64,000 nucleotides of DNA, taken from the NCBI GenBank assembly GCA_026014495.1, contig JAOZIF010000137.1:1-64000 (forward strand), in the 5' to 3' direction. Below are positions 29,549 to 40,307 of this stretch, piece after piece (positions within the stretch are counted from its first letter, which is position 1; each line of letters opens with the position of its first letter). The notes beneath the pieces were generated by a model. The model did no database searches. It was not told where the DNA came from and saw only the letters and a program-made list of their open reading frames with translations. The position numbers and the translations under genes were made by a program. The stretch is from Candidatus Bathyarchaeum sp. Its GTDB lineage: Archaea > Thermoproteota > Bathyarchaeia > Bathyarchaeales > Bathyarchaeaceae.

Positions 29549-30289
29549 TTAATTGCGTTTGTCAGCAAGTTGTTCCCATGAAACCTTTAAGATGTATTTT
29601 GAAAAGGCTGTTATTTCGGTTAAAGTCAGCTTTGATTTTCCTTTCTTTCTATTTTCGAATATGATTGGCATTTCACCTATTTTTGAGTGCTGAAGCTTTG
29701 CTTGCCGGAGTGTTTCAATTTGGATTTCGTATGTTTCACTGTGTAGCTGTGGAAGTGCTTTTATAATGTAGCCTTTGGAGTAGCATCTAAAACCGCTTGT
29801 ATAATCATTTAATGGAAGGTTGATTAGAATACCAGTTAATTTGTTAGCTATTTTGCTTATGAGTATTCGAGTGAGACTCCATCCTTTAGTTTTTCCCTCT
29901 TGACAGTACCTGCTTCCGATGACAAGGTCACATCCATTTTCGGCGATGTTGAGCAATCTTGAAATGTCTTGAGGGTTGTGTGAGAAGTCTGCATCCATTG
30001 TGATTATGTATGAGGGGGGTTTTGGTAGAGCTAAAAGAAAACGGAATCCATCTGTGATTGCTGTTCCTAAACCCATTTTGTGGGATCTATTTAGTATCAG
30101 AATGTTTTGGTTTTTTTCTTTTAGCTTCTTGACAATATTTTTTGTGTTATCTGGGCTTGAATCGTCTATTACTAGTAGAGTGGAGTTTAGGTTTAGATTT
30201 TCGATTGCTTGGATGAGGTCAGCGATGTTTTCAGCTTCACAATATGTTGGAAGAATTATTGCAACATGATGCCCTTCTTGTGGGTTCAC
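29549..30289 (-). CDS. Polyprenol (dolichol) monophosphomannose synthase, GT2
   Basis: ILPTYCEAENI, IDDSSPDNT, GLGTAITDGF, MDADFSHNP, IGSRY, DYTSGFR, PIIFENRKKGKSK. Confidence 0.88.
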   Translation of the reverse strand: MNPQEGHHVAIILPTYCEAENIADLIQAIENLNLNSTLLVIDDSSPDNTKNIVKKLKEKNQNILILNRSHKMGLGTAITDGFRFLLALPKPPSYIITMDADFSHNPQDISRLLNIAENGCDLVIGSRYCQEGKTKGWSLTRILISKIANKLTGILINLPLNDYTSGFRCYSKGYIIKALPQLHSETYEIQIETLRQAKLQHSKIGEMPIIFENRKKGKSKLTLTEITAFSKYILKVSWEQLADKRN

Positions 30290-30447
30290 ATTTTTGTTCT
30301 CCTAAATTTTAAGTTGCTTGGGGTATAATGTGAAGAAAATGGCTTAGCACAAATCTGATCGTAAAGTGTCAAAAAGTTTTGTTGTTCTTTAGTTCGCATA
30401 GTATTCTAAACTCTTTTTTGTATATTGCAAGCATGTATTCATGAAAA

Positions 30448-30705
30448 TCACCATTTTTGGCGTGCTTTATCAGCTTCAGCAATTATTGTTTTTATAATTT
30501 CTTCAAGTGCCCTTTTTTCTGATTCGGGTATAGCGTACCATTCTTTGAATTTTGTTTTTAGTTCTGGATGTTCGTTTGTTAATTTTTCAACTTCGTTACA
30601 TATCCACTCAGCTTGTTTCAGGGTTGTTGGAATCAAGTTATTAACAAGGGCCTTGAACTCTTCCATATTGATGCTTTCAGTCTTCTTTTCCCGTTTCAGT
30701 TCCAA
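30448..30705 (-). CDS. Small hypothetical helical protein
   Basis: 85-aa ORF with GGTGAAAAGGG RBS-like sequence upstream; divergent from the RHH gene. Confidence 0.55.
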   Translation of the reverse strand: MELKREKKTESINMEEFKALVNNLIPTTLKQAEWICNEVEKLTNEHPELKTKFKEWYAIPESEKRALEEIIKTIIAEADKARQKW

Positions 30706-30827
30706 CCCTTTTCACCATGTTATGCGTTACATGTTTTCATTAATAACCTTTACCGTATATAGACGGTAAATGGACATCAAAATGATTAAAGGTTGGTTTA
30801 TTCTTTTCGTTAAATAGTGACGGTATA

Positions 30828-31049
30828 TTGCCAGTAAAAGGATATGATTCTGTAAACTTGCCTTCAGGACTATACATCAAGGTGAAGTCCTTGGTCAAAG
30901 CTAGGTCCGACTTGGGTTATAGGAGCGTAACCGAGTTTGTGGCAGAAGCCGTTAGGAAAAGAACAGAAGAGATCGAAAAAGCGAACACTCTAAAGTCGCA
31001 ACTCGAAGAGAAGTTCTCAAGTTTCGAAGCGAACAAAGAGGAAACGTGA
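30828..31049 (+). CDS. Ribbon-helix-helix (CopG/Arc-like) protein
   Basis: YDSVNLPSGLYIKVKSLV...GYRSVTEFVAEAVRK pattern. Confidence 0.85.
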   Translation: MPVKGYDSVNLPSGLYIKVKSLVKARSDLGYRSVTEFVAEAVRKRTEEIEKANTLKSQLEEKFSSFEANKEET

Positions 31050-31193
31050 AGATAGAACGTATTTTTTCGCATCCGTATTTTTTATTTTTGTTTGAAAACT
31101 AGCCTGTTTTAGGTTTAAGTATATATTTACTGTGTGTTTTTTGTTTACGTTTTTCTTCTTCCAAATTATTAACGTCTATATGCCGTCGTTATA

Positions 31194-31210
31194 CCGTAAA
31201 CTTTTTAAAC
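31194..31210 (+). promoter_or_regulatory. Putative BRE-TATA promoter of the S-layer gene
   Basis: CCGTAAA followed by CTTTTTAAAC, about 25 nt upstream of the first ATG (31233). Confidence 0.4.
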
Positions 31211-31232
31211 AAAAATCACTCCTATCAAAACG

Positions 31233-34200
31233 ATGAAACAAAAAGGAAATGAGAAAATGAATCATAAAAAACTAATGACAATATTGACAACAACCGCAAT
31301 TATCACAACTCTTCTTGGAACAATGCTTCTTACTCAAATTTCAATGGCAGCAACCACCTACACTTCAGATTACGTTACAACCGACGGCGTAATGTACGAC
31401 GACTCTTACGTGCTATTCCCGTTTGAAATGAATAACCTAACAATAGGTTTCTCCAAATACGGCGAAATGATCGACTATAACACAAAGATTGGATTATCAT
31501 ACGATGGATACGACGCTTTCGGTCCTGACGCAGGAGTAGTAGAGTCACAATGGGTTGAAGGGTGGATACTCAACATCACATACGTTGAAGGCGGAAACTA
31601 CAAGAACATCTGGGCAATGGCAACATACAGCGACTATTATGCAGGCGGAATAGGCGGGGATTGGAATGAAGACGTGACTGTCGGCTCGCTTTCTCTAGAT
31701 GTTAGAGGAGGCAGGAAGACTAGTGGCGGTGCTGTAACAGATCCCATCACCATGTTGTATGATGGACCAAGAGAATTCATTGCCTTACTGAAAACCACAA
31801 TATATGAAGATAGCACACATACAACACCATTGGTTAGCCTAACTTTCACCATAGTATTCAACAAAGTTGAGAAACAGGTAGTCATTTACAAAGATGTCAA
31901 ACGCATTGATGAAGGAAAGAACATTGGTGACATGCAAATCGAGTTCGGCGACCGCGGTGAATGGGACCTTGGCTCAAGTGCCAGTGGCGCTGCACCAAAA
32001 TCTTATGCGCACTTCTTTACGAATCAAACAACCATTTACGATGGCGAGTATCAACTGTGGTATGAAAATGCTACAGCAGGAGGCACATATGACTCAACAT
32101 ACACTGTTTGTCAGATAATATCTGATGATCAGAACTATGTTGGTTGGGCTGCTTTCTGGCCGACGCCCATAGTAAATTGGGTTGGTGCAACTCAGTTAGG
32201 AGCAAATAGAGCCACGATACTTACGACAACCAGCACAAAAACCGAAACACATGTATTAACTGAAACAACATCAGAGCTTACAATTACTGGAGAACCTAGT
32301 GTGTATCCACAAAATACGACCACGGGAGACGTATTGTGGAAAGAAGATCCAATGGTCTTTGTTAATGACGCATATAAGATCATTGATGGAACTGACCCAG
32401 AATCAAGTGTGACGTATAACAATGCCACAAATACGATAACATTCCCATCAGGGTATGAACCAGGGGCTGGAGCTGTTGTTACAATTGTTTACAAGCATGA
32501 GAACATTAAGGAAGACATGAACAGTGAACCTAATTCACCTTTTGTGATTGGCGAGTGGGCATTCAGAATGACTCAAGCAGGCGAGTCGTTCCGTGGAGTC
32601 ACTATCTACGGAATCACTGACCTGAACGATGGAGACGACGAAGATATAGGCGGCGGACACACAAACGTAATAGACTCGGAAATTCAGTATTATCTTGATG
32701 AAACATTTGACCCATATGATCTTCAGGATGCAGTTCACAAGGACACAAGACGGTGGGTATACATAGACGAATCATTGTCTAGTTCACAGAGTGTTTTCGT
32801 ACTAGAAAATGCACCAATGGAATTTAGTCCACTTCCAGATTGGGATGCATACTCCGATTTCTCTGAAAGGGTACTGGTTGATGGAGTTCTACAAGTTCCA
32901 ACACGGGCAGGAGGCACTGACTACACATTGTCAGTGAATACTGCAACGGGAGTAGGAACTATAACATTCGCTAGCGCAGTTGCTGCGGGATCACATGTGA
33001 AGATTCTGTACTCAACTTTACCTGAGTGGTCTGATTCTGACAGCATAACCTTTGATGATATAACTGACACGACAAATACTATTGATGTGGGGACAACTCT
33101 AACTAACAATGTTGCTGATGCTGAGTATGTTCCAGTGGATCCGTTAGGGGTGAACATGAGCTTCAACTTTGACTTGGACGTAGAAGTGGAGATTACTGGA
33201 ACGGCTAACTTCACTGAAACAATCGTGGTAGATTGGTACGACTGGATCGAAGACTTCAAAGTACTCTCTGACCCTAACGAAATAGATGACGATGTAGACC
33301 ACTACACAGCTACTTTAGAAAATGTGACTGCAGTAGGCGCAGACATTACAGTGACAGTAACTGCTAGAGAGTTCGGCTGGAACATTACAGCTGATAACGA
33401 AGCAACAGTCATCGATGGATTAGGTGCGACTCTGTCGTTATCAATTGAAGCAGTAGTTTCTAACGGCACAACAGATTGGTTTAACGTGACAATTACTCCC
33501 ACAATAGACTATGCTTACGGTGCGCACCAAGAGGGACAATATGAGTGGATAGCAGTTGGAACAGACGCAGCAACAATAGACTCTATCGGAGCAGCATACA
33601 TGACACAAGCATTTGATTCACTAAAACAAATACACGTTCAAATGACAGGTTTAGACATAAGAGACATGGAAGGACCAAACGCACCATACGTAATGGCAGG
33701 AGCAACAACAAGCACAAAGACGGACTACTACTATGATTACCCCAACGACAACAGAACAGCATTAGCTGACGACTGGTGCACAACTGTACCCGTAGCCAGC
33801 AGCAACATGCTCTTCTCAGGAGGACCACTAGCAAACTTAGGATCAGAATACTTTAACGACTTTACAAACGCATTCTATACACTAGAACAGTACGTAACTA
33901 ACGATACCGGACACTCAAACAGCATTCTGTCATTACCATGTTGGGATAAAAACACATACTCAACAAACGCTACACATGGATACGCAGTAGTATCGGTCTA
34001 CAAAGACATCAACGGAACAATAGGCTTCCTAATCTGGGGTATAAATGCACAAGATACATACTATGCAACTAAGTGGTTCTGGAGTTATCCAGCAGGAATG
34101 CTCTCAGAAGAAGATACCGTAGTTTATTCGGGCATACACTATCTCCAAGCAATGAATGAGGGCATCACAGACATAGTACTCAGAATATACTACCCACCAG

Positions 34201-34304
34201 ACGATCCAATACATCCAACAGTTGATGTAATTGAACTGCTAGGTACAATCAGCGAAAAACCACAACACGACTGCCCAGCACCATCATTAAGTGCTCTACC
34301 ATAG
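31233..34304 (+). CDS. Probable S-layer (major cell-surface) glycoprotein
   Basis: 1,023 aa, signal peptide, acidic and Thr-rich, at least 15 N-x-S/T sequons counted by eye, own promoter and terminator, flanked by glycosylation genes. True start may be ATG 31257. Confidence 0.7.
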   Translation: MKQKGNEKMNHKKLMTILTTTAIITTLLGTMLLTQISMAATTYTSDYVTTDGVMYDDSYVLFPFEMNNLTIGFSKYGEMIDYNTKIGLSYDGYDAFGPDAGVVESQWVEGWILNITYVEGGNYKNIWAMATYSDYYAGGIGGDWNEDVTVGSLSLDVRGGRKTSGGAVTDPITMLYDGPREFIALLKTTIYEDSTHTTPLVSLTFTIVFNKVEKQVVIYKDVKRIDEGKNIGDMQIEFGDRGEWDLGSSASGAAPKSYAHFFTNQTTIYDGEYQLWYENATAGGTYDSTYTVCQIISDDQNYVGWAAFWPTPIVNWVGATQLGANRATILTTTSTKTETHVLTETTSELTITGEPSVYPQNTTTGDVLWKEDPMVFVNDAYKIIDGTDPESSVTYNNATNTITFPSGYEPGAGAVVTIVYKHENIKEDMNSEPNSPFVIGEWAFRMTQAGESFRGVTIYGITDLNDGDDEDIGGGHTNVIDSEIQYYLDETFDPYDLQDAVHKDTRRWVYIDESLSSSQSVFVLENAPMEFSPLPDWDAYSDFSERVLVDGVLQVPTRAGGTDYTLSVNTATGVGTITFASAVAAGSHVKILYSTLPEWSDSDSITFDDITDTTNTIDVGTTLTNNVADAEYVPVDPLGVNMSFNFDLDVEVEITGTANFTETIVVDWYDWIEDFKVLSDPNEIDDDVDHYTATLENVTAVGADITVTVTAREFGWNITADNEATVIDGLGATLSLSIEAVVSNGTTDWFNVTITPTIDYAYGAHQEGQYEWIAVGTDAATIDSIGAAYMTQAFDSLKQIHVQMTGLDIRDMEGPNAPYVMAGATTSTKTDYYYDYPNDNRTALADDWCTTVPVASSNMLFSGGPLANLGSEYFNDFTNAFYTLEQYVTNDTGHSNSILSLPCWDKNTYSTNATHGYAVVSVYKDINGTIGFLIWGINAQDTYYATKWFWSYPAGMLSEEDTVVYSGIHYLQAMNEGITDIVLRIYYPPDDPIHPTVDVIELLGTISEKPQHDCPAPSLSALP

Positions 34305-34339
34305 TTGGCGACTAAATCGCCAAAACCCTCTCTTTTTTT
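34305..34339 (+). terminator. Hairpin plus pyrimidine/T tract after the S-layer gene
   Basis: TTGGCGA-CTAAA-TCGCCAA stem-loop followed by CCCTCTCTTTTTTT. Confidence 0.75.
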
Positions 34340-34354
34340 ATATTAAAATCAAGT

Positions 34355-35515
34355 TTAGCCAAACTTTTCATGAAAAACGCGATTTACAATATCCACAATT
34401 CTTTTCTCAAAAACTGAAGAATCAAAAATCTTTGCCCGCTTACAAGCACTAATTGAAATTTGTTGTCTCAAAGCAGTATTACCCAAAAGCAGGGCAATCA
34501 ACTGAGCTGCCTCTTTGCTGTTTTTGTAAGAAAAACCGAAAACGCCCTGCTTCTGATCAATTACGTCAACCCATGGACCACCGTCTTTTGGAACAACTGG
34601 AACACAACCAGCAGCCATCGATTCAACAACAGCCATACCAAACGCTTCCATGTGTGAAGTGTGCAAAAACACTTTTGCAGACAAAAGTACATCAATCAAT
34701 GCCTGAGAAGACTGATTAACGCGTAAAATCACACGATTTCCAAGGTCAAACGTTTTAATCGTCTTTTTTAGTGATGCAATCTCCTCGTTTGATGCCTGAT
34801 CTGCAAGTCCAAAAATTACAAAATTTCCGAAAGTAACAAGTTTTGCTATTTTTGGGATAAGCAACAAGTTTTTTCCAGATCTAAGTCGGGAAACAGTAAC
34901 AACAATATTGCCGCGGTCCAGATTGTTTGTGTCACAACAAAATTGTTTTAGGTTGACGGGAGGAAAAACAACAAGAGATTCTTTTCCAAGTTTATGTTTC
35001 ACAACGCGCTGTGTAAACTTGGAATTTGTTAACAAAACATTACCTTTGAAAAACTTGTTCACTAATCTCAAACACAAGCCATATCCATGGGCAATAACTT
35101 GCCATAAAGTACCACTAGAAAAGCCACAATCAGGATACAAGTGCATAATCCTGACAGGTAAGGCATTAATGTAAGACACATCTGCTACTGAATCTACCAA
35201 ATCGCCATAAGTATTAACAACAATGTTGTGTTTACTTTTGATTTTGTAATAGATTAGTTCAGATAGGAAAAAAATCGAGGCAAAAAATGCTTGTGAAAAC
35301 TTACTACGTAGAGGCATATACTCAAAAAGATAGACTTCTTCAGAAGGACGATACAGTGCACCAAACCGTTCCTCCAAAAAAAGCCAATTAGTTTTTTCAA
35401 CAGTAGCAAGCTTAACTATGTAACCACTATCCATTAAAGCTTTGACGGTTGCTAAACAAACTTTCTCTGCTCCGCCGCCTCTATTAAGCGAAGGGTGAAC
35501 AATCACTACATTCAT
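34355..35515 (-). CDS. Glycosyltransferase family 4 (ALG11-like)
   Basis: VHPSLNRGGGAEKV, TNSKFT, VVFPPV, EAFGMAVVESMAAGCVPVV. Confidence 0.92.
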   Translation of the reverse strand: MNVVIVHPSLNRGGGAEKVCLATVKALMDSGYIVKLATVEKTNWLFLEERFGALYRPSEEVYLFEYMPLRSKFSQAFFASIFFLSELIYYKIKSKHNIVVNTYGDLVDSVADVSYINALPVRIMHLYPDCGFSSGTLWQVIAHGYGLCLRLVNKFFKGNVLLTNSKFTQRVVKHKLGKESLVVFPPVNLKQFCCDTNNLDRGNIVVTVSRLRSGKNLLLIPKIAKLVTFGNFVIFGLADQASNEEIASLKKTIKTFDLGNRVILRVNQSSQALIDVLLSAKVFLHTSHMEAFGMAVVESMAAGCVPVVPKDGGPWVDVIDQKQGVFGFSYKNSKEAAQLIALLLGNTALRQQISISACKRAKIFDSSVFEKRIVDIVNRVFHEKFG

Positions 35516-37734
35516 TTCATACCATCAACTTGTATTGGCTTAAGCTTTCGACATATCAAAGATGCCACAATAACACCTAACGCCACCGCTGAAATCAAAA
35601 AAATCACATACGAAAGAGATGGAGTGAAGTCACGTTCTATGAAAACCTGATAAAAAAGTTCCTCTTCAGGTTCTGCATAAAAGTTTATGTCACAGGTTTC
35701 ATCGCTGGTTATGCTCAGTTCATCCAATTTTACTGTTGCATAGGCGTCATCATCTAAAGACACAATAAGCGCCACAAGGGATATTTTGTCGTTATCTAAG
35801 TTTGAGCAACCATACAGGTCAATGCTATCTGACTGCAAAACGAAGTTTTCAGTGGCAACAAAGGTGTACAGCCACTCGTCTGTATTATCGAACACATCAA
35901 GCAAAACATTGGAGACTTCTCCTTCGGCTACAGTGTAATTGAGGTTTAACCTAAAATTATCATCCACAAAAACACTGCAAGGATAAGCCAACCTAAACAT
36001 GCTGCCTTGACCATCCGCGCCGTTATCGCGAAGATTAAACACAAACGAAGTCCCGTCAAGGGTTATGGTGCTGTTAAGGTCTCCATATAAGCCATCTGTA
36101 ATCTTGAATGGAATTTTTGGGTGTTGCATCTTGAATGTCAAAGCGTGTGATTCGGAGTCCGCCACGAAAAACAGGTAAGTTTCGTTAAAAGAACCTCCTA
36201 AATTGAATTGATTTCTGACACCACTTTCAAGCTGCACAGATGAATTGTCTAACTTTGCATCAAGACCAGTATTAGTAACTAGTCTAACTATAACTTGGTC
36301 GCCCGTCTTTAACCCATTTACAGTTATGCCTTGCCACTCAGACTGCGAAACTTTAAGGTAACCATCAAAAGACCTGAAGCTTTCAGAATCATCTAAGTAA
36401 TTACAAAGTTCAATGGAACTCATCAAAGCCAAAATAACTATCGCAGATAGCGCCAAAACCAGCAGTTTATCCTTAAACAGATTCAAGTAGCTAAAACAGC
36501 GTTTAAACAAACCAGTTACTTGTTTAAAGCTACAGCGAGACTTTAACGAAGTGACAATTAACGCCGCAAACACGATTGTTCTCAGTATTACAGCAAATAT
36601 GAGCAGGGGTAAGTGTGCGTCTCTAAGAAATTCTGGTCCAAAAATCTGGGAGTACCAAGAGAGCATCTGAATTATGTGGCTTATTTCCAAGGGAATCAGA
36701 AAAATCAATGGGCAGTTAATTGTTGCTAATAGCAGATACAAGGGGGTAGAAACGGAAAACTGTGTGCTGTATCCTTGAAAAAAAAACATATATGAAATGT
36801 AAAGCAGACCAGATAAAGAAACATACATATTTTTTACGTTTTTGTATGTTAACGAAAGAAGGGCAACTATGCCTATCTGACACAAAGTCAGCAGGTTAGG
36901 CAGTGAACTCAAGTTCCACGAGTATATTGCATGATCGTAAGAGTTTGCGGGATAAATGCTCAACAGGTTAAAATGATAAAAGAACTTGTCAAAGTAGGGG
37001 TGGAGTAGACCACCGTGGCTGTGGTAACTTTCAAAAAGTGCCCATATTGTCTCCCAAGGTCCCCGCGAACCATGATGAATAAATGTTGACACGTATGTGA
37101 AAGGATTCACAACCATAAAGGGCAAGCTTACAAAAACTAGTGTAATCACCATGGTGCCGACAACTTTCACTTTATCTCGATTGTCTGTGAACGCAAATAG
37201 TGCAGGTATAATCAGCAAAGCGGGAAATCCTTTACTTAGTGTGGCTATGCCTAGCAGTAGTCCACAAAGGGTAGCCTTCTTTTGTTGCATCATGTATATT
37301 CCGAGCACCGCCGGAAGCAGTGCTACAATATCGTTTGAGTAGGCGTTAGCTATCACTACAGATGGGAGAACAGCGTAGTATAGTGCAATTTTTAGTCCTT
37401 TTTTTTCTCCAACAACCGTTTTTGACGTTTGATATAGCACAAACAGTGTTGCAACCAATAGTGCTGCGTTTACGGCTCTAAAAGCATATGAGAATGCTGC
37501 AGGGTTGTTTTGAAATGCACAATAAAGGGGCATGTATATCAAAAAGCCAATGGGGGGATAGCCCTCTCTGACGTCAACGTATGGTGTGGCTCCATGACTG
37601 TCTAAATAGGAGTAAAAGCTGTACCATTCGCTATCCGTTAATCCTATTGGAAGTGCATAAGATATTCCAAGGGCGATTGCGTAAACTAAAATGAGAACAT
37701 ATAAGCGCCGCTTATTGGACAGGTTCAGGTTCAA
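35512..37734 (-). CDS. GT-C fold membrane glycosyltransferase (GT87/DUF2029-like) with large extracellular C-terminal domain and anchor
   Basis: PYVDVREGYPPIGFLIY, AYSNDIVALLP, TLSKGFPALL, many TMs, then a soluble beta-rich region and a final TM. Confidence 0.7.
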   Translation of the reverse strand: MNLNLSNKRRLYVLILVYAIALGISYALPIGLTDSEWYSFYSYLDSHGATPYVDVREGYPPIGFLIYMPLYCAFQNNPAAFSYAFRAVNAALLVATLFVLYQTSKTVVGEKKGLKIALYYAVLPSVVIANAYSNDIVALLPAVLGIYMMQQKKATLCGLLLGIATLSKGFPALLIIPALFAFTDNRDKVKVVGTMVITLVFVSLPFMVVNPFTYVSTFIHHGSRGPWETIWALFESYHSHGGLLHPYFDKFFYHFNLLSIYPANSYDHAIYSWNLSSLPNLLTLCQIGIVALLSLTYKNVKNMYVSLSGLLYISYMFFFQGYSTQFSVSTPLYLLLATINCPLIFLIPLEISHIIQMLSWYSQIFGPEFLRDAHLPLLIFAVILRTIVFAALIVTSLKSRCSFKQVTGLFKRCFSYLNLFKDKLLVLALSAIVILALMSSIELCNYLDDSESFRSFDGYLKVSQSEWQGITVNGLKTGDQVIVRLVTNTGLDAKLDNSSVQLESGVRNQFNLGGSFNETYLFFVADSESHALTFKMQHPKIPFKITDGLYGDLNSTITLDGTSFVFNLRDNGADGQGSMFRLAYPCSVFVDDNFRLNLNYTVAEGEVSNVLLDVFDNTDEWLYTFVATENFVLQSDSIDLYGCSNLDNDKISLVALIVSLDDDAYATVKLDELSITSDETCDINFYAEPEEELFYQVFIERDFTPSLSYVIFLISAVALGVIVASLICRKLKPIQVDGMK

Positions 37735-37746
37735 TGTTTTGTTGCC

Positions 37747-39267
37747 TCAACGAATTTTGTGCTCGGTTGTGCGTTCCATGATTATGCCGCTATCAAGGTC
37801 TGACGAATACGAGATTGCAAGTAGCCTCACCACAATTGTGTCATCAATTATGTCGGAAGGAATCGTGGTGTTCAGGCTACCGTTAACGGTTAGCTCGCCC
37901 CCAGAGTCATAAAAAACACAGCTACTATCCCAGTACCAACCGTATGGTATCCACTCGGAGTCCCAAACTGCCTGCAGGTATATCATAAAGAGGTCGTGAG
38001 CAAGCTGCTTATCACTGAGCCAAGAGTCTTGGTCCCCCATTGCTAGCCAGCCACCTTCGTCAACTTGGATAAAAGCAGGTAAGGTTAGGTTCAAGTTAAC
38101 GTGGTCAACATAGAGCGTGTAGTCTGCGTAAGCGTAGTAGTGTAAACTGTTGTTTTCTAGGGCGTTTTTGTCAAAACCAAAGGCTGATTCTTGGTAGGAC
38201 AATCCTAGTGTTCCTGATATTTTCACTGGACTGTAGTCTCCGAGCACGAAGCTTCCGTTTATGATGCTTGGCTCGCCAGAGGCACCTGTAAGGAACAGAT
38301 GTACATCAAACATTTCGTTAGAGTCTTTGGCGTGTACAAAGGTGCCGTCGCTGTAGAGTATGCGTTTGTAGGGCTGCATGGACCCCACAGTTACGAGAAT
38401 TAAACCGTTATCGGTCATCCAATCGTATAGACGAGATTTGCCATATGTTGAGTCGTCTTTTATGTATCCGTCTCCATCAGGATCCACAAGGGGTGCGGGT
38501 ATGGCGTCTTCTATTCTATTTCCTTGATAAGTTTCTAAGGGATTTATGAGAATTAAAATACAACTGGGCATTTGGTTTGCTAGGTTCTCGAGTGCACCGT
38601 AATCCAGTTTCTCTAGGTATATGTCATAGACTCCAAAGTAACTAATTATAGCGTCGGCTCTACTCAGGCTTTCTTCGGGCATATAACGCGGGTCATAAAA
38701 TATGTACGCAGGTCTGCTTTGATTTTCAAATGAGCTGTAAGTGAACAGGAGCACATGCAATGAATCTGTTCCGTTGCTGTATGTTTGGTAGCTTGCGTTG
38801 ACAGTTAAGGTGCTGGAGGTCAGGGCGGTATCCACATTTTTTGTTTCCAGTTGGAGGTCTGATGATATTTCTGGTGCTTTTGTTACAATTTCTACAGATT
38901 GGTAGTCTGTTGTCACAAGTTTTATTGTATAATACGTACCCATTTTCCAAGGGTAATCCAGCATACACATGACAGTTTCCCCATTTCTAATGATAGTCTT
39001 GTCGGCGGTCCATCCTGTTATGGCAGTGTCGTTCAGGAAAAACTGCTTAAGCTCTATACGGTCTTGGTTCACTTTCACATAGACTTCTATGATACGTGTA
39101 TCCTCGCCTAACTTGAAGACTGCATTATCAAGGTAAAAAGAGGGCGTGATGGGACTGTTTACAGCGTAAATTATGATGCCTGCAGTAAAAAGTAGCACAA
39201 CAATCAGTATTATCGCCACATTTATGGATGTAAAATAAGTTAACCCACGTTTTAACGAGTTTTTCAT
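37747..39267 (-). CDS. Surface protein with possible class III (prepilin) signal peptide
   Basis: MKNSLKRG-LTYFTSINVAIILIVVLLFTAGIII; later YPWKMGTYYTIKLVTTD; start overlaps the upstream stop (ATGA). Confidence 0.65.
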   Translation of the reverse strand: MKNSLKRGLTYFTSINVAIILIVVLLFTAGIIIYAVNSPITPSFYLDNAVFKLGEDTRIIEVYVKVNQDRIELKQFFLNDTAITGWTADKTIIRNGETVMCMLDYPWKMGTYYTIKLVTTDYQSVEIVTKAPEISSDLQLETKNVDTALTSSTLTVNASYQTYSNGTDSLHVLLFTYSSFENQSRPAYIFYDPRYMPEESLSRADAIISYFGVYDIYLEKLDYGALENLANQMPSCILILINPLETYQGNRIEDAIPAPLVDPDGDGYIKDDSTYGKSRLYDWMTDNGLILVTVGSMQPYKRILYSDGTFVHAKDSNEMFDVHLFLTGASGEPSIINGSFVLGDYSPVKISGTLGLSYQESAFGFDKNALENNSLHYYAYADYTLYVDHVNLNLTLPAFIQVDEGGWLAMGDQDSWLSDKQLAHDLFMIYLQAVWDSEWIPYGWYWDSSCVFYDSGGELTVNGSLNTTIPSDIIDDTIVVRLLAISYSSDLDSGIIMERTTEHKIR

Positions 39268-40205
39268 GAGTTATTTACCTCTTTTGGCGTTCTATATTGT
39301 TGTATTTTATCGAGATAGGGCAAAGCGAAGCTATTCGTTTTGGTAGCATAAAAGTCTATGTTGCATGGCAAAAAATTTCCAATTAATATGTTTGGAATAT
39401 AGGACAACCCTACATAATACAACGCAACAAACAAGTTGTACAACTTATGTTTCCACGTCTTGTCGAACTCTACAGTGATTTCTGAAAATCCGCTAGTCTC
39501 AAAGAACCTCTTCCACTGCGTCAAACTGTATATCTTCTCTTCGATCTCTAAAGATTTCGCTCTTTTTCCAGCGAATCCAATCTGAGATGTAAGAATTGTT
39601 TTGAAGGGAATCCCAGCAGCGACTTCTCCTAATGCGTAGCATTTACCTCCTTTCTTAAGAACTCTATACATTTCACAAACGCCTCGCTGAGGGTCTGGAA
39701 AATGATGAATAGTAGCGTTGCTGAGAACAACGTCAAAATACTCATCAGAGAAGGGCAAACTTTTGACATCACATGCAATAGTGTAGTCAACAGTTGATTC
39801 CAGTATCGACGATATTTTTTGACCTTTTTCTAATGCGTATGGAGAGACATCAGAGGCTACAACTAAGCTATTTTGATGTTTTTTCTTGATTAATGCACTA
39901 ACCCAACAGGTACCTGCTCCAACCTCGAGTACTTTCCCATTGAAATTTACTTTTGGCAGGATTCTTTCATAGAAATACATGATTCGATCTTTCTTGTGTA
40001 ACAGAGCCATCCATGCAGGTTTCTTGATACCTTCATAAGGTAGGGTCTTCCATGCGATGTCTTCATAGTTTTTTTCAAGTTTTTTTGGCAACATTTCGAT
40101 GACACTGGTGTCCCAATTGAAGACTCTATTGCAACCAGTGCAAACCAGTTTCTTAGCGTTAAGTCTCACTTCGTTTTTGCAGTCTGGACATATGAAATTG
40201 TTCAT
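39264..40205 (-). CDS. Class I SAM methyltransferase with N-terminal zinc ribbon (Trm112-like)
   Basis: MNNFICPDC...CTGC; VLEVGAGTCW; CDVKSLPFSDEYFDVV; HHFPDP. Start moved to ATG 40205, which has a GGTGA RBS. Confidence 0.88.
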   Translation of the reverse strand: MNNFICPDCKNEVRLNAKKLVCTGCNRVFNWDTSVIEMLPKKLEKNYEDIAWKTLPYEGIKKPAWMALLHKKDRIMYFYERILPKVNFNGKVLEVGAGTCWVSALIKKKHQNSLVVASDVSPYALEKGQKISSILESTVDYTIACDVKSLPFSDEYFDVVLSNATIHHFPDPQRGVCEMYRVLKKGGKCYALGEVAAGIPFKTILTSQIGFAGKRAKSLEIEEKIYSLTQWKRFFETSGFSEITVEFDKTWKHKLYNLFVALYYVGLSYIPNILIGNFLPCNIDFYATKTNSFALPYLDKIQQYRTPKEVNNS

Positions 40206-40307
40206 CAGGTCACCTTTTTGTGTCTGTTTTGTTGCACTCTCGAAACAGTCATGTTTGTGGTTTTGATTTGCACGTAATTTTGTCATTTACCATCATCTCC
40301 TCGGATT

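Noticed and set aside
30425-30769. 114-aa plus-strand ORF
   Set aside because: Antisense shadow of the 85-aa minus-strand gene, which has the better RBS and composition.
36778-36786. A9 homopolymer in the GT87-like gene (and A8 runs near 6940, 9464, 41829) as phase-variation switches
   Set aside because: Runs of this length are expected in AT-rich DNA and all frames are intact.
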